From contig OZ243974.1 of NCBI GenBank assembly GCA_965214775.1, positions 1,952,001 through 2,016,000 on the forward strand: a stretch of 64,000 nt of DNA. The letters are read 5' to 3'. Position 1 is the first letter of the stretch. Each line of letters begins with the position of its first letter. The notes under the pieces were generated by a model that made no database searches, was not told where the DNA came from, and saw nothing but the letters and a program-made list of their open reading frames with translations. Positions 28,661 to 39,123 of the stretch are shown piece by piece. The position numbers and the translations under genes were made by a program. The stretch is from Nitrosopumilus sp. (GTDB lineage Archaea > Thermoproteota > Nitrososphaeria > Nitrososphaerales > Nitrosopumilaceae).

Positions 28661-29301
28661 TTGGTTGGGGATCCTGACATTACGGACGTGGACTGGAGAA
28701 TTCCCGACGTGATCCGCCTGTTTGAGCACATGAAGACAAGGATAGAGAGTGTTGAAAAAGACAACGGGCAGCTGCAAAAAGACAACGAGCAGCTGCAAAA
28801 AGACAACGGGCAGCTGCAAAAAGACAAAGAACAGCAACAAAAGGAAATCGAGCAGCTGCAAAAAGACAACGAGCAGCTAAGGGCGCTGCTAGGGCGACAG
28901 CCGACGACGGCCGGATCCGGGCCGGCGGTGGACTCTGTTCCAAAGGAGGCCCGCAAAGAGCCGAATTCGCGCGGCTATAACGTGCGCAAGTTCCACGACT
29001 TTCCGCATCCTGAAAAGGCGGCCCCCAAAAAGAGGCCAGAGACTAAGACAGTCACCCGCACATGCACGGCAGACGCCGAGTTCTGCCCCGACTGCGGCGA
29101 CAAGCTCTCTGAGGGGTGCGAAAGGTACGCAAGGAAATCCAAGGACCTGATCGACGGCAAGTGGACCGAGACCGAGTGGGACGTCACCAAGCGTTACTGC
29201 AAGTCATGCAAGAAAAAGCGCTCCGCCCCCGTGCCCGGCGTGCTGCCCGGCGAGCATTACGGCACGCGCGTCATCGGGATAATCGTGTTTCTTCGCTGCA
29301 T
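28661..29301 (+). pseudogene. N-terminal fragment of a second IS66-type transposase
   Basis: QLQKDN heptad repeats, CPDC..CKSC zinc finger, PG..YG motif; cut by the IS5 left end. Confidence 0.75.
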
Positions 29302-30456
29302 AGAGTTGATTCGAAATTAGCAAGTTTTGATCAAATGGGCACATAATGTACACCAACCCGATCCAAATGCAGGTAAAATGTACATAATTCATGAAGTTAT
29401 TTGATAAATTGTCAAAAAACCCCCGGACATTCAGGATGTTTGCCGGCATGACTGCCCCCGAATTTGATTTGTTGTATGCAAAGGTGGCAAAAAAACACCC
29501 AAAGATGGACAAAAAGAGGCTGCTTTCTGCCAAAAAAGACCGCAAGCGTGACATCGGTGCAGGACGTCCGACTGCCCTGAACCTAAAGGAGAGTCTTCTG
29601 CTGTCCCTGTTCTACTACAGGACGTACGTCACGCAGGACGTGGCATCTGCCATGTTCGGCATTGGACAGGCATCAGTCTCGCGCACAATTGACAGGATTG
29701 CGTCGGTTCTCAAAAAGTACATTCGATCCCCGAAAAGATCTATTGGGGCACCAAGAGAATATCCTCAGTAGAGGAGCTAATGGACGTATTACCGAAACTT
29801 GTCTGCCTGACAGACGCCTCAGAGCAAAAGATATGCAGGCCCAAGAGAAAGGACATGGAGAAATCGCACTATTCAGGCAAGGCAGGCACGCACACAGTCA
29901 AGATCCAGTACACCACCAACATCCACGGACTCATAGTGCACAAGACGCCCCACTCTCCGGGACGCGTAAACGACATCACGATGTACCAGATGAGGCATCC
30001 CACGTTCCGGTACGACCAAAGAAAGGAGAAAGAGAAAGAGAAAAAGTGCCCCGGCGGCGGGGATGGTGATGCGCCACAACAACAACCGCAGAGCATAAAG
30101 CTGCGGCACTACATGGATCGCGGATACCAGGGAGCACAGTTAGTGGATGCAGGCACGGACGTCATACTCCCTATCAAGAAAAAACCGGGCTGTAAGCTCA
30201 CCGATGCGGAAAAAGAGTACAACATCACGCACTCAAAGATACGCGTGTACGTGGAGAACGTCATACGCAGGGTCAAAACATACAGGATCATGGGCGACCG
30301 GTACCGAAACCCACTCAAAAAGTACGACCTTGCCAACAGTATCGTGTGCGGACTGGTCAACGATAGGGCGTTGGCCAGAATCGCTGCTGCGGCCTGAGTG
30401 GCGGCAGCAGGACAACTGCGGACGGGGCGCTCGATTTCTAATTTCGGATCACCTCT
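29302..30456 (+). mobile_element. IS5-family (ISL2-like) element with transposase split over two frames (29391-29771, 29780-30397)
   Basis: 19-bp imperfect TIRs AGAGTTGATTCGAAATTAG / CTAATTTCGGATCACCTCT; HTH plus DDE motifs (DASE, YSGK, DRGYQG, RVYVEN). Confidence 0.9.
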
Positions 30457-30889
30457 CTGAGAAGATCTGCGAGAATCTGCGCGTCGACCTTGTCTGTCTT
30501 TTTCTTTGATGTCGCGATGGCCCTGGTCTCAAAGGGGTTTGAGAGGATCACGTCCCTTTTGAGGGTGTCTGAGATGAACCTGAACAGCCCGTACCATACG
30601 GAGGAGGACTCCATGACGCACTTTGCGTTCTCCGGAATCCCTGCAAATATCTCTCTTATCTCGTCGTCATTGTTGCTGACTCTTGTGTTGCTGAGCACCT
30701 TGCCGCCCTTGTCCATCACCGCGACTTGGATGAACTCCTTGTGCACGTCCAGGCCGACATACTGCTGCTACTTCTGCTTCTGCTGTTGTATGGTCTTTGA
30801 TTTCACACGCATCCTCTTTTTTGCGGTAATCTGTTTGTTTGCGTTGCCGTTTATTTTGGCACCATCTGAATTTTGTTTTTGAGACACAT
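30457..30889 (-). pseudogene. IS110 transposase N-terminal fragment
   Basis: YVGLDVHK..CVMESS..KTDKVDA DEDD motifs; in-frame TAG at 30768-30770; truncated by the IS5 end. Confidence 0.85.
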
Positions 30890-30929
30890 ATGAACACGGG
30901 TTAACACCCGGGCCCGTAGTAGTGTCGGT

Positions 30930-31047
30930 GTGGATCAACCGCTGTATAACCATGCGCCTTGCGCGCTGACATATGAATGCGGTAATTCTGAGCTGCAGTG
31001 TTCGTGCACCACGGCGTGCTGATAGATGTGTGCAGCCTCTGATCCAC
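30930..31047 (+). ncRNA. Predicted IS110 bridge RNA (target-binding and donor-binding loops)
   Basis: Outer stem GTGGATCA/TGATCCAC encloses two stem-internal loop-hairpin units whose loop sequences match the element's flanks and ends. Confidence 0.8.
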
Positions 31048-31070
31048 CAAAAAAAGGAAAATGAGAAAAG

Positions 31071-32204
31071 ATGCAATACAGCATAGGAATAGACATTGGA
31101 AAGAGAAAATGCGTAGCGTGCATTATGGACGACAACAAGAGGATCCTAGAAGAGACGGCATACGAGAACACCTACAAGGAGGCAGACTTGTTTGCCAAGA
31201 AGGCAAAGCTCAATTACGGTGGGAAGAACTGCCAGGCCGTCTGCGAGTCCACGGGCAACATGTGGCTCAAGACCTACGAGGCATTCGAGTCTGCAGGAAT
31301 ACCCATCAAGCTTGCCAACACCCACAGGATGCGGATAATCTCTGACATGGACGTAAAGACTGATCCTATCGACGCAAGAAAGCTTGCAAACGCCCTGAGG
31401 GCTGGAATGGTTCCCGAGTGTTACGTGGCACCGCCAGAACTCAGGAGCGTCAGGGAGCTGATGCGCTGCAGGATCCGTCTTGTGCAGGACAGGACGGCCG
31501 TGGTCAACCAGATCCACAGCCTCCTGGACAGGCATGACTGGAAGATCAACTCGTCGCACATGTACTCCAACAAGGGACTCAAGCAGCTGTTCGCCCTGAA
31601 TCTTGGCGATCCAAACGATGATGTGGTTCTCGGCGTGTATGCCAGAAGGGTCAGGCATCTTGCAGAGGAGATTGCAAGCATCGAGACAAGGATAGCGGCG
31701 CAGGCCGGCGCCAGCGAGTATGCGAGGATCCTGATGAGCATTCCGGGAATTGACTCGTTTACGGCCATGCTGCCGGTATCTGAGATCGGAGATATTGCCA
31801 GATTCAAGACCCCGAACAAACTTGTTGCGTGGTTTGGCATGTGTCCTACAGTCCACCAGTCCGGCGACAGGGAGGAGTACCACGGCAAAATGAGAAAGAC
31901 ATCCAACCGCAGGTGCAACTGGGCAATACTCCAGGCTGCGCGGACGGCTGCCATATACGATGAGAGAATGGGAAGGATCCATGCAAGATCCAAGAAGAGG
32001 AACAGTGCAAGGCCCATGGTGGCCAGGACACACGTGGCAGCCAAGATGGTCAGGATCATCTGGTCCATGCTTATGACAAAGACGCCATACTCCGGACACG
32101 ATCCCAAGACATACAAACTCAAGCTGGCCAGGGCAGAGGCCGCTGCTGCTGCTGCTGCTACTGCTACTGCAGCACCCAAGGTCAGGGAGAAAACAACCAA
32201 GTAA
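31071..32204 (+). CDS. IS110 recombinase/transposase
   Basis: GIDIGK, CESTG, KTDPIDA (DEDD RuvC), SIPGI, EIGDIARF, HQSG catalytic Ser. Confidence 0.95.
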   Translation: MQYSIGIDIGKRKCVACIMDDNKRILEETAYENTYKEADLFAKKAKLNYGGKNCQAVCESTGNMWLKTYEAFESAGIPIKLANTHRMRIISDMDVKTDPIDARKLANALRAGMVPECYVAPPELRSVRELMRCRIRLVQDRTAVVNQIHSLLDRHDWKINSSHMYSNKGLKQLFALNLGDPNDDVVLGVYARRVRHLAEEIASIETRIAAQAGASEYARILMSIPGIDSFTAMLPVSEIGDIARFKTPNKLVAWFGMCPTVHQSGDREEYHGKMRKTSNRRCNWAILQAARTAAIYDERMGRIHARSKKRNSARPMVARTHVAAKMVRIIWSMLMTKTPYSGHDPKTYKLKLARAEAAAAAAATATAAPKVREKTTK

Positions 32205-32515
32205 CGCGCACTCGCATGCAGGGAAAGGATCCCCCTGTACCCAGCGTAAGCTATAAAGCGGCCCATATTAAACTAGGCGTGGATTAGAGAGACATAGTCC
32301 GCCACCGCTAAAGGGCCCGGGTGTTTTAACATAGATGGTTACGTGCGGTGTCCACCAGCTCCCTAAATTAACTCCAGAAACCCCTGATTTAACACCCTGC
32401 TGAAAACCCCCGAAGATTTACCAGAGTATAAATCTAAATTATCCGATCTACCGACATGTCCCACGAAGAATCATCTACCGTAAACGTCCCAGTTCCTACA
32501 GTGAGCAATCCAGGA

Positions 32516-35500
32516 CTATTCCACGGAGATCCTGATCTTCTGTCCGTCAATGTCGCTGTCCTGGTATTGCTTGCAGGTCTGCTCAAAGCTGATTTTTTTG
32601 ACTCTGACCAAGAACGCCAGGTCCCGGGACTTTTCCCGAATCATCCCAAGGGATTCCCCGTCCAGGCCCAGGATTGACGCGACATTCAGGACGTCAGTCG
32701 GGTTGTATCCTCTCTCTTTTCTTAGCGCCTGCAGCCTTCTTGCGACATCCTTTACCAGTCCCTTTGCCACCATCTCCCTGTTTCTTGCAGTCGGGATAAA
32801 GACGGTATAACTGTCCCTGTGGGACACTGCATAGCCTTCTTGGGCATCAAGACCGGCTACAAAGTCCCCCGAATCAAGCGAAATCTTTTTGCCGTCCACA
32901 TAAAAGTCGTATTTTGAGCTTCCTTGCAGCAAGGAGTCCACGATCTCCTCATGGTCGGTTTCCACAAACTTTGCGGCAAGCTGTCCCATGTGCCGCTTTG
33001 CCTTTGGCCCGATCTTCTTCCTGTCTAGCTCCAGTACAGATCTTACCGGCAGTCCCAGCCTTTTGAACTCCAGGATTTGCCCCAGTCCCGGATCCTTTTG
33101 CGTCGTCTCAAAGACGCGGATCCTCTCGACGTTGAGCTGGGATTGCAGCAGCTCTGAGAGCGGTTCGAGCTTTTGCTTTTGCCCCTTTCTCACGCAGATC
33201 AAGGCCTCGTTTAGCGGCCATCTTCGCTTTAGCCTTCCCTTCATTCGGGCAGCCGAGGAGACGGATACTATGTCATTCATGATGTCAAACGACTCCTCGA
33301 CCTCCTCGTCGACCAGTTCCCGGTCGTAGGCAGGCCAGCTGCCAAGCAGTATGCTGCTCTTTGGTCCTTCAAAGACTGCCTGGTAGAGGTACTCGCTTGT
33401 AAACGGGCAGAACGGATGAATCAGGACGTCCAGCGTCCTGAGGACGCTGCTCAAGACGGCATAGATCGCAAGCCTCCTGTCCTTTTTTCCGTCATCCTCG
33501 TCCCAGAGTTCCCCCTTGGTAATCGGGACGTAAACCTGGCTCAGACTGTTTATGATATAGTCCTCAAGGGCCTTTGCGGCCTCGTGGAACTTGCAGGACT
33601 GGTTTCTGTCCGTGACTCTGCGGATCAGCCCCTGGAGCTTGGACAGCAGCCAGACATCCGGCGGCGAGAGCAGGTTGTTCATCCTTGCCCATTTGATCGT
33701 CTTCCTTGATGCGTCAAAACCGTCGTACCGGCTGTTTTGCCCAAAGTAGAGATGCAGGTTAAACAGCGTGCTGACTACCTTGTACGGCCTTGACATCAGC
33801 TCGTCAGTGCTGAAGCTGAGCGGCTCGATGGGACTTGCCTTCCACACAAAGTAGAATCTGACCAGGTCTGCAGGGTATCTTTCCAGCAGCTCTGCTCCTT
33901 CCAGCACGTTTCCCTTGCTCTTGCTCATCTTCCTGCCCTTTTCGTCCAGGACGTGTCCCTGGAACAGGAATGACCTGTATGGCGGAGTCGGGCCGTCACT
34001 TAGGATCACGTTTTCAACGAGCAGCGTGTATGCCCATCCCCTGGTCTGATCGATTCCCTCAGTCAGAAACGGTGCGGGAATCTCGTCACGATACTCCCTG
34101 TCACTTAGCGACGAGAACGGCGCCGAGCCGCTGTTGTGCCAGGTATCCAAAACGTACTCTTCCCTCTTTGTGTCCGTGCCGTTGCATTTCTTGCATCTTA
34201 CCGTGATGTTGTCAATCCACGGCCTGTGCAGCTCAAAGTCATGGCCGTCAGGCAGGTTCTCAGCCGCATCGATGATCTCCTGCCTTGAGAACAGCCAGTT
34301 TCTCTCCCCGCACCCCTTGCATGTCCATACGGGAAGCGGGCACCCCCAGATCCTCTCCCTTGATATGCACCACGGATGCCTCTCCCTGACTATTCCAAGG
34401 AACCTGTTTTTTGGCTGCTCAAAAAAGTATTCCACGCTTTTGGCCGCGTCGACTGCCTTGTCATCCAGCCTGTCCAGCTTGTAAAACCAGCCCTTTCTTG
34501 CAAGCCATACGATCGGATGGCCGGACCTCCAACACAGCGGATACTTGTGCCTGATCGTGCCAATCCTGACCAGGGCGTTTTTTTCCTCCAGGTCCTGGAT
34601 GATGACCCTGTCTGCGTCCCTTACAAACATGCCCTGGTACCTCTCCCCTGCCTGCGGTGTGAATCTCACCTGATCATCGATCGGGCAGAAGATCTTGACG
34701 CCTCTCTTGTTTGCGATCCTGATGTCCTCCTCGCCGTTTGCAGGAGAGAGATGGACCAGTCCGCTGCCCGTGCTTGCATCGACAAACGGCTCTGAGACTG
34801 CGACGTGGAAGTTGTCTGCCCTTGCGCATTCGGCCAAGGCGGGAATCTCGTCAAGCAGCGGGTGCACGTATTTTTTTCCCTCAAGCTCGGATCCCTTGAC
34901 GGTCTTGAGGACGTCCCATCTCTCGATTTTTACCTCTGCCATGAAATCCTCCAGCCTGGTTTTGCCCAGAACCCATGTCTCTGTCCCCACTTTGACGTAG
35001 GCATAGTCCTCCTCGGGCTGCAGTCCCACCATTGCGTCAGTCACCAGCGTAAATGGCATCGTGGTCCATACAATCAGGTACGCATCCTCATCGGCCAGCC
35101 TTGCCTTGTAGAATAGTGACGGGTCCCTGACTTCCTCGTACCCCTGGTTGACTTCGGCATGGCTGAGGGAGGTCTGGCAGCTAGGACAGTACGCGACGAC
35201 TGTAAAGTCTTCCTCCAAGATCCCGCTCTCATGCGCCTTTTTGAGGACTTGCCATTCCCGCTCAATGAACTCGTCTCTAAACGTCCAGTATGCCTTGTCG
35301 TGGTTAAGCGACATTCCCAGCTTCTCATCGACGTCAACCCAGTCCTTGTTGTATTTCTCGACGACCTTTTTGCATTCGGAGACTATTCTCTTGATTCCAA
35401 ACTGCCTGACTGCCTCGGTCTTGCCGCCGGTCACCCCCAGCTCCTTTTCAGCCTGCAGTTCCACAGGGAGTCCCTGGGCGTCCCATCCGCCGTTAAACTC

Positions 35501-35728
35501 AATCTTTTTGCCCTGCAGCGTGCTGAACCTGTACCACAGGTCCTTGATGACTCTGCCCCTCAGGTGTCCTGCGTGCGGAATGCCGTTCATCGTCGGCGGG
35601 CCCTCTATGAACCGGATCTTTTCAGGCCTGTCTGATTCAAAGATTTGTCTTTCCAGATCAATTGATTTGAGGTATTCTCTGGCATCGGACTCTATCCTCT
35701 TTGCGTCGAATTTCGGGTACAGTTCCAT
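32516..35728 (-). CDS. ileS: Isoleucine--tRNA ligase
   Basis: EGPPTMNGIPHAGH (HIGH), GWDAQGLPVE, WTTMPFTL, WCISRER, EGIDQTRGW, KMSKS; start taken at MELYPKF. Confidence 0.97.
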   Translation of the reverse strand: MELYPKFDAKRIESDAREYLKSIDLERQIFESDRPEKIRFIEGPPTMNGIPHAGHLRGRVIKDLWYRFSTLQGKKIEFNGGWDAQGLPVELQAEKELGVTGGKTEAVRQFGIKRIVSECKKVVEKYNKDWVDVDEKLGMSLNHDKAYWTFRDEFIEREWQVLKKAHESGILEEDFTVVAYCPSCQTSLSHAEVNQGYEEVRDPSLFYKARLADEDAYLIVWTTMPFTLVTDAMVGLQPEEDYAYVKVGTETWVLGKTRLEDFMAEVKIERWDVLKTVKGSELEGKKYVHPLLDEIPALAECARADNFHVAVSEPFVDASTGSGLVHLSPANGEEDIRIANKRGVKIFCPIDDQVRFTPQAGERYQGMFVRDADRVIIQDLEEKNALVRIGTIRHKYPLCWRSGHPIVWLARKGWFYKLDRLDDKAVDAAKSVEYFFEQPKNRFLGIVRERHPWCISRERIWGCPLPVWTCKGCGERNWLFSRQEIIDAAENLPDGHDFELHRPWIDNITVRCKKCNGTDTKREEYVLDTWHNSGSAPFSSLSDREYRDEIPAPFLTEGIDQTRGWAYTLLVENVILSDGPTPPYRSFLFQGHVLDEKGRKMSKSKGNVLEGAELLERYPADLVRFYFVWKASPIEPLSFSTDELMSRPYKVVSTLFNLHLYFGQNSRYDGFDASRKTIKWARMNNLLSPPDVWLLSKLQGLIRRVTDRNQSCKFHEAAKALEDYIINSLSQVYVPITKGELWDEDDGKKDRRLAIYAVLSSVLRTLDVLIHPFCPFTSEYLYQAVFEGPKSSILLGSWPAYDRELVDEEVEESFDIMNDIVSVSSAARMKGRLKRRWPLNEALICVRKGQKQKLEPLSELLQSQLNVERIRVFETTQKDPGLGQILEFKRLGLPVRSVLELDRKKIGPKAKRHMGQLAAKFVETDHEEIVDSLLQGSSKYDFYVDGKKISLDSGDFVAGLDAQEGYAVSHRDSYTVFIPTARNREMVAKGLVKDVARRLQALRKERGYNPTDVLNVASILGLDGESLGMIREKSRDLAFLVRVKKISFEQTCKQYQDSDIDGQKIRISVE

Positions 35729-36115
35729 CGGATCTTGGTGTTGCAGCGGCAAATTTAAACTTCTAAAAGACTGCCACAGACGCAGAATCGTAACTGATCG
35801 GGCTCTGGAAGCTGTTTCTGATTTTAGGCACAAATTCTGTTGTTTGAACGGCCCTTTTTGGTGGCAAAATTCACACCCGAGCTTCAGAATCACGAACTGT
35901 TACTATTTTTTAGGAATCGCCTGATGAAGAGAAGTTGTTGTCAAAACCACGCCTGAGCTTCAAAATCACAAGCTGTTACTGCAAGAGAGTTTTTGGCAAG
36001 TTCTTGTTTTTCTACAGGATGATTTCTCCAGTATCTGGCAGGTTCATCTTTCCAAGCCTCAAGGAATTCCGCAGATCAAACAAATCTGAATTGGCTTGCC
36101 ATTCAAATCACTCAA

Positions 36116-36406
36116 TTATTCTTCAAAATTCAGTGCGAATTTATCTTTTGGCAGTACAGGGGGCTTCTCACCAGATTGTTTTAACTTCTTTATCTTGCCG
36201 TGTACCTGTTGATAATTCAACCCAACTGTTTTTTCTATTCTTTCTTGATATTCCTTAAACATATTGAGTATGGAATCTATGTGTTTTTTTACTGACTTCT
36301 CTCTGTCAGTTTGTGGAGGCGTAAGGGTTTTTTGTAAATATTTCAGATTTTTGCTAATCTCATGCATGTGCAGTACAAATGATTCTTTTTGTGTAAAATC
36401 GTTCAT
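36116..36406 (-). CDS. Hypothetical protein
   Basis: AT-rich 96-aa ORF with a TATA-like sequence upstream. Confidence 0.55.
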   Translation of the reverse strand: MNDFTQKESFVLHMHEISKNLKYLQKTLTPPQTDREKSVKKHIDSILNMFKEYQERIEKTVGLNYQQVHGKIKKLKQSGEKPPVLPKDKFALNFEE

Positions 36407-36452
36407 AATAAATCATCCATCATAACAATATATAAATAAAAAAAGGCGGGAA

Positions 36453-37187
36453 TTATGCCCGATGAAGTCCTCTCCAATCTCTATTGCCTGACGTATCAGA
36501 CCCTGTTAATGGTTCGTATGTGGTTTGAACTGACCAGCTTAGAAAATCTCCGTCATCAACTCCACAATTGCAAGTCTGGATAATGTTTCCAACTTCTTGA
36601 TTATCGGTCTTCATTGTACATGATAATCCTTTTGTATTGTTTCTAGTGATGAAGTCGATTTCTTCAAAATGGACATTGTTGCAAAATGGCCAAAACCAGC
36701 CCACACTTTTAGCATCAGGTACATCCCAATCCCAACTTATGGTGTCTGTACCGGTGTTGATTGTTCCAGTAATTGTTTCTGATGCAGAGAGAATTGTGCT
36801 GTTATCACATGCATTGTGATAATCATTTACTGATATTTGTGAACCTGTTGTAATTGCTCTTGTTAAGGCACTAGGGCTTGGAGCGTATTCTGTTTCTTGT
36901 TGTGCAAGTTCGGTAGCTCTTACTTCAGCTCTGTCTTGTTTTTCTTCTATTTCGGCTATCTCTGCACGAATAGATTCCTGTATTTCTTCAGATTCTGTTG
37001 CTCTAAGATTGTCTTTAAGTTGTTGACGTGTAACTTCAAGTGAATTGTATTTTGCAATAAGCTTGTCTATCTCATCACTGATATTGTATTGTTTCTCTGC
37101 TACTGCATAATCCACCATTGAGAATGGCAGAATCATTGCAGCAATCAAGGATGCAAACAGGATTGTTTTTGCTGTTTTTGCAGTCAT
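36453..37187 (-). CDS. Secreted hypothetical protein (thaumarchaeal-type N-terminus)
   Basis: KTILFASLIAAMILPFS signal, coiled coil, Cys-containing beta domain; TTATATAA box upstream. Confidence 0.75.
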   Translation of the reverse strand: MTAKTAKTILFASLIAAMILPFSMVDYAVAEKQYNISDEIDKLIAKYNSLEVTRQQLKDNLRATESEEIQESIRAEIAEIEEKQDRAEVRATELAQQETEYAPSPSALTRAITTGSQISVNDYHNACDNSTILSASETITGTINTGTDTISWDWDVPDAKSVGWFWPFCNNVHFEEIDFITRNNTKGLSCTMKTDNQEVGNIIQTCNCGVDDGDFLSWSVQTTYEPLTGSDTSGNRDWRGLHRA

Positions 37188-37232
37188 TGCAACACGGAGA
37201 CCGCTATGTTATATAACCAACATGGTTCATTT

Positions 37233-38478
37233 CAGTAGTTCCGATTGTGGCCTGAAAATAAGGCAAATTGACAGATTTTTATGATCACTTGGATCTATAG
37301 GGGGAACTTTTAGCAATTTCTCCATGACAAAAAGTGCCAGGGCCGCTCAAAAGCCGTACGGACACAGGGAGCGCAAGATGTTCCAGAACGCCGTCTCGGC
37401 AGTAGGCATGAAGTTCTCTGACAGACACAACGCAATATACGATGAAACGGATGCAGCTGCGCTTCTGGCAACGATGTCCAAGGAGCGCATGTGCGCAGAA
37501 CAGGCCGCAGAGATACTCCGGGACTCTGCAGGCCGCAGCCCCGGCGCCGACTGGCTGCTTGGCAAGCTGGGCCAGGTGGACTATGAGACGATGCACAAGA
37601 GGGCCGACAAGATCCTGCGCAGGACCGTCACAGACTCCATCAAAGGTGGCCTGATTGGAAAATCCCCGATCATAGCCATCGACAAGACCAAGATCCCGCG
37701 GTACGACCGCAATCCGGACATGACCCACAAGATAAAGTACAGGGGGCCGGGCACCCGCACGGCTGAGGCATACATCACTGCAAGAACAGTAGGACAAAAG
37801 CACCAGACGCACCTTGCGTGCCTTCCGGTGACCAGGGACGCGTTTAACCCCGAATTCGTGCGTAAATTGCTGCAAACCATCAAGAGAATGCACATCAGGC
37901 CGCAGATGGTCCTGATGGACAAGGAGTTTTACTCAGTTGACGTACTCAACACGATAAATAATGCAGGATTGCGGTTCATGACTCCTGCAGTATGCACCAA
38001 GGGAGTTGAGAGGGCCATACAGGAGCACATAGACGGGCACAGGGATGCAGTCAGCAAGTATACCATATCCTCTGGCAGCAGCAAGATAAGATGCAACCTG
38101 ATAATACTGGAAAGGGAGGATAAAAACAAGAAAAAGTTCCACATCGCCTTTGTCACCAACATGACCAACTGCATGCCGGAGGATTTGTTTGAGCTTCCCG
38201 AGGAGTACCGCAAGAGGTGGGGAATAGAGACCGGATACCGGGACGTCAAGAGGGCCATGCCGCGCACCTGCAGTCGGAACGATGCCATAAGACTCATACT
38301 GTTCTACCTGTCGCTTGGAATGTCTAACATCTGGATGATCGCAAGATCATGGTGCAAAAAAAAGAAGATCAAGCTCAAGGTGCTGCTTGCCCGGATTATA
38401 AGATGGTGTATGAGACCATGGAACAAAAAGCCCCCCGATCCGGGCTAGGGCAGGCCGGGGTCACAATCGGAACTACTG
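37233..38478 (+). mobile_element. ISH3/IS4-type element with transposase 37324-38448
   Basis: TIRs CAGTAGTTCCGATTGTG / CACAATCGGAACTACTG; TCATTT duplicated on both sides; IAIDKT, MDKEFY, YRKRWGIETGYR motifs. Confidence 0.92.
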
Positions 38479-38544
38479 TCATTTGCATTCATTTGCGTTC
38501 ACTTGTAATACAAAATAAATAGCCCTGATCCCAAAAAATGCAGA

Positions 38545-39123
38545 TTGGCACCAAAACCGCATTCCAGAAAGGACAGCGGCGGCAATACGAAAAACTTTTC
38601 CCTGCGTGTTCCAGACGACGTGATGGCAGCCCTGGAGTCCGATGCCGCCCATCGGGGCATCTCTGTTAACTCCATGCTGAACAGCATCCTCAGGAGGTAC
38701 GCAAGGTTTGACCGGCACGTGCAAAAACTCGGCATGATTACCGTTCCCAAGGAGACAATTCCGGCTCTTTTTTCCGATGACGACGAAGGACGGATCCATG
38801 CCTTGGTCGACGGCATTTTCCCGATCTTCCGTCAGGCAGTGATGTTCATCAAGGGCGGGTACGATCTCAAGCGCTGCATCGAAACGCTGGAGGAGTACAT
38901 GCAGACGACGGGCATGGCCTCCAAGCACACAGTCGAGGGGCCAGTCCACTGCTTTACCATACAGCACGGCATGGGATCTGCCTGGTCGGTGTTCGTAAGG
39001 GTCATGCTGGGACGGCTGTTTGCAGAATTCATGCCTGACAAAAAGGTGGATTATGATGTGCATGAGAGCACGGTATCTGTTAGAATTTCATTGGGTGCAG
39101 ACTGGGACGAACACGATTACTAG
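38545..39123 (+). CDS. Ribbon-helix-helix domain protein (putative regulator)
   Basis: NFSLRVPDDVMAALESDAAHRGISVNSMLNSIL RHH pattern. Confidence 0.8.
   Translation: MAPKPHSRKDSGGNTKNFSLRVPDDVMAALESDAAHRGISVNSMLNSILRRYARFDRHVQKLGMITVPKETIPALFSDDDEGRIHALVDGIFPIFRQAVMFIKGGYDLKRCIETLEEYMQTTGMASKHTVEGPVHCFTIQHGMGSAWSVFVRVMLGRLFAEFMPDKKVDYDVHESTVSVRISLGADWDEHDY

Larger units (their letters stand above)
30890..32337 (+). mobile_element. IS110-family bridge-recombinase element, apparently intact
   Basis: ATG core repeated at 30890-30892 and 32335-32337; 13-bp sub-terminal IRs AACACCCGGGCCC (30903-30915) / GGGCCCGGGTGTT (32313-32325). Confidence 0.85.

Noticed and set aside
28755-28880. 21-bp tandem repeats as a second CRISPR or iteron array
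   Set aside because: No spacers; they are in-frame coiled-coil heptads of an IS66 transposase fragment
32456-32515. Short similarity to 44252-44302
   Set aside because: Probably a decayed IS6-like end; too short and diverged to call
32516-35728. ileS looks somewhat more GC-rich than other housekeeping genes (possible transfer)
   Set aside because: By-eye impression only; the protein looks like a normal archaeal IleRS
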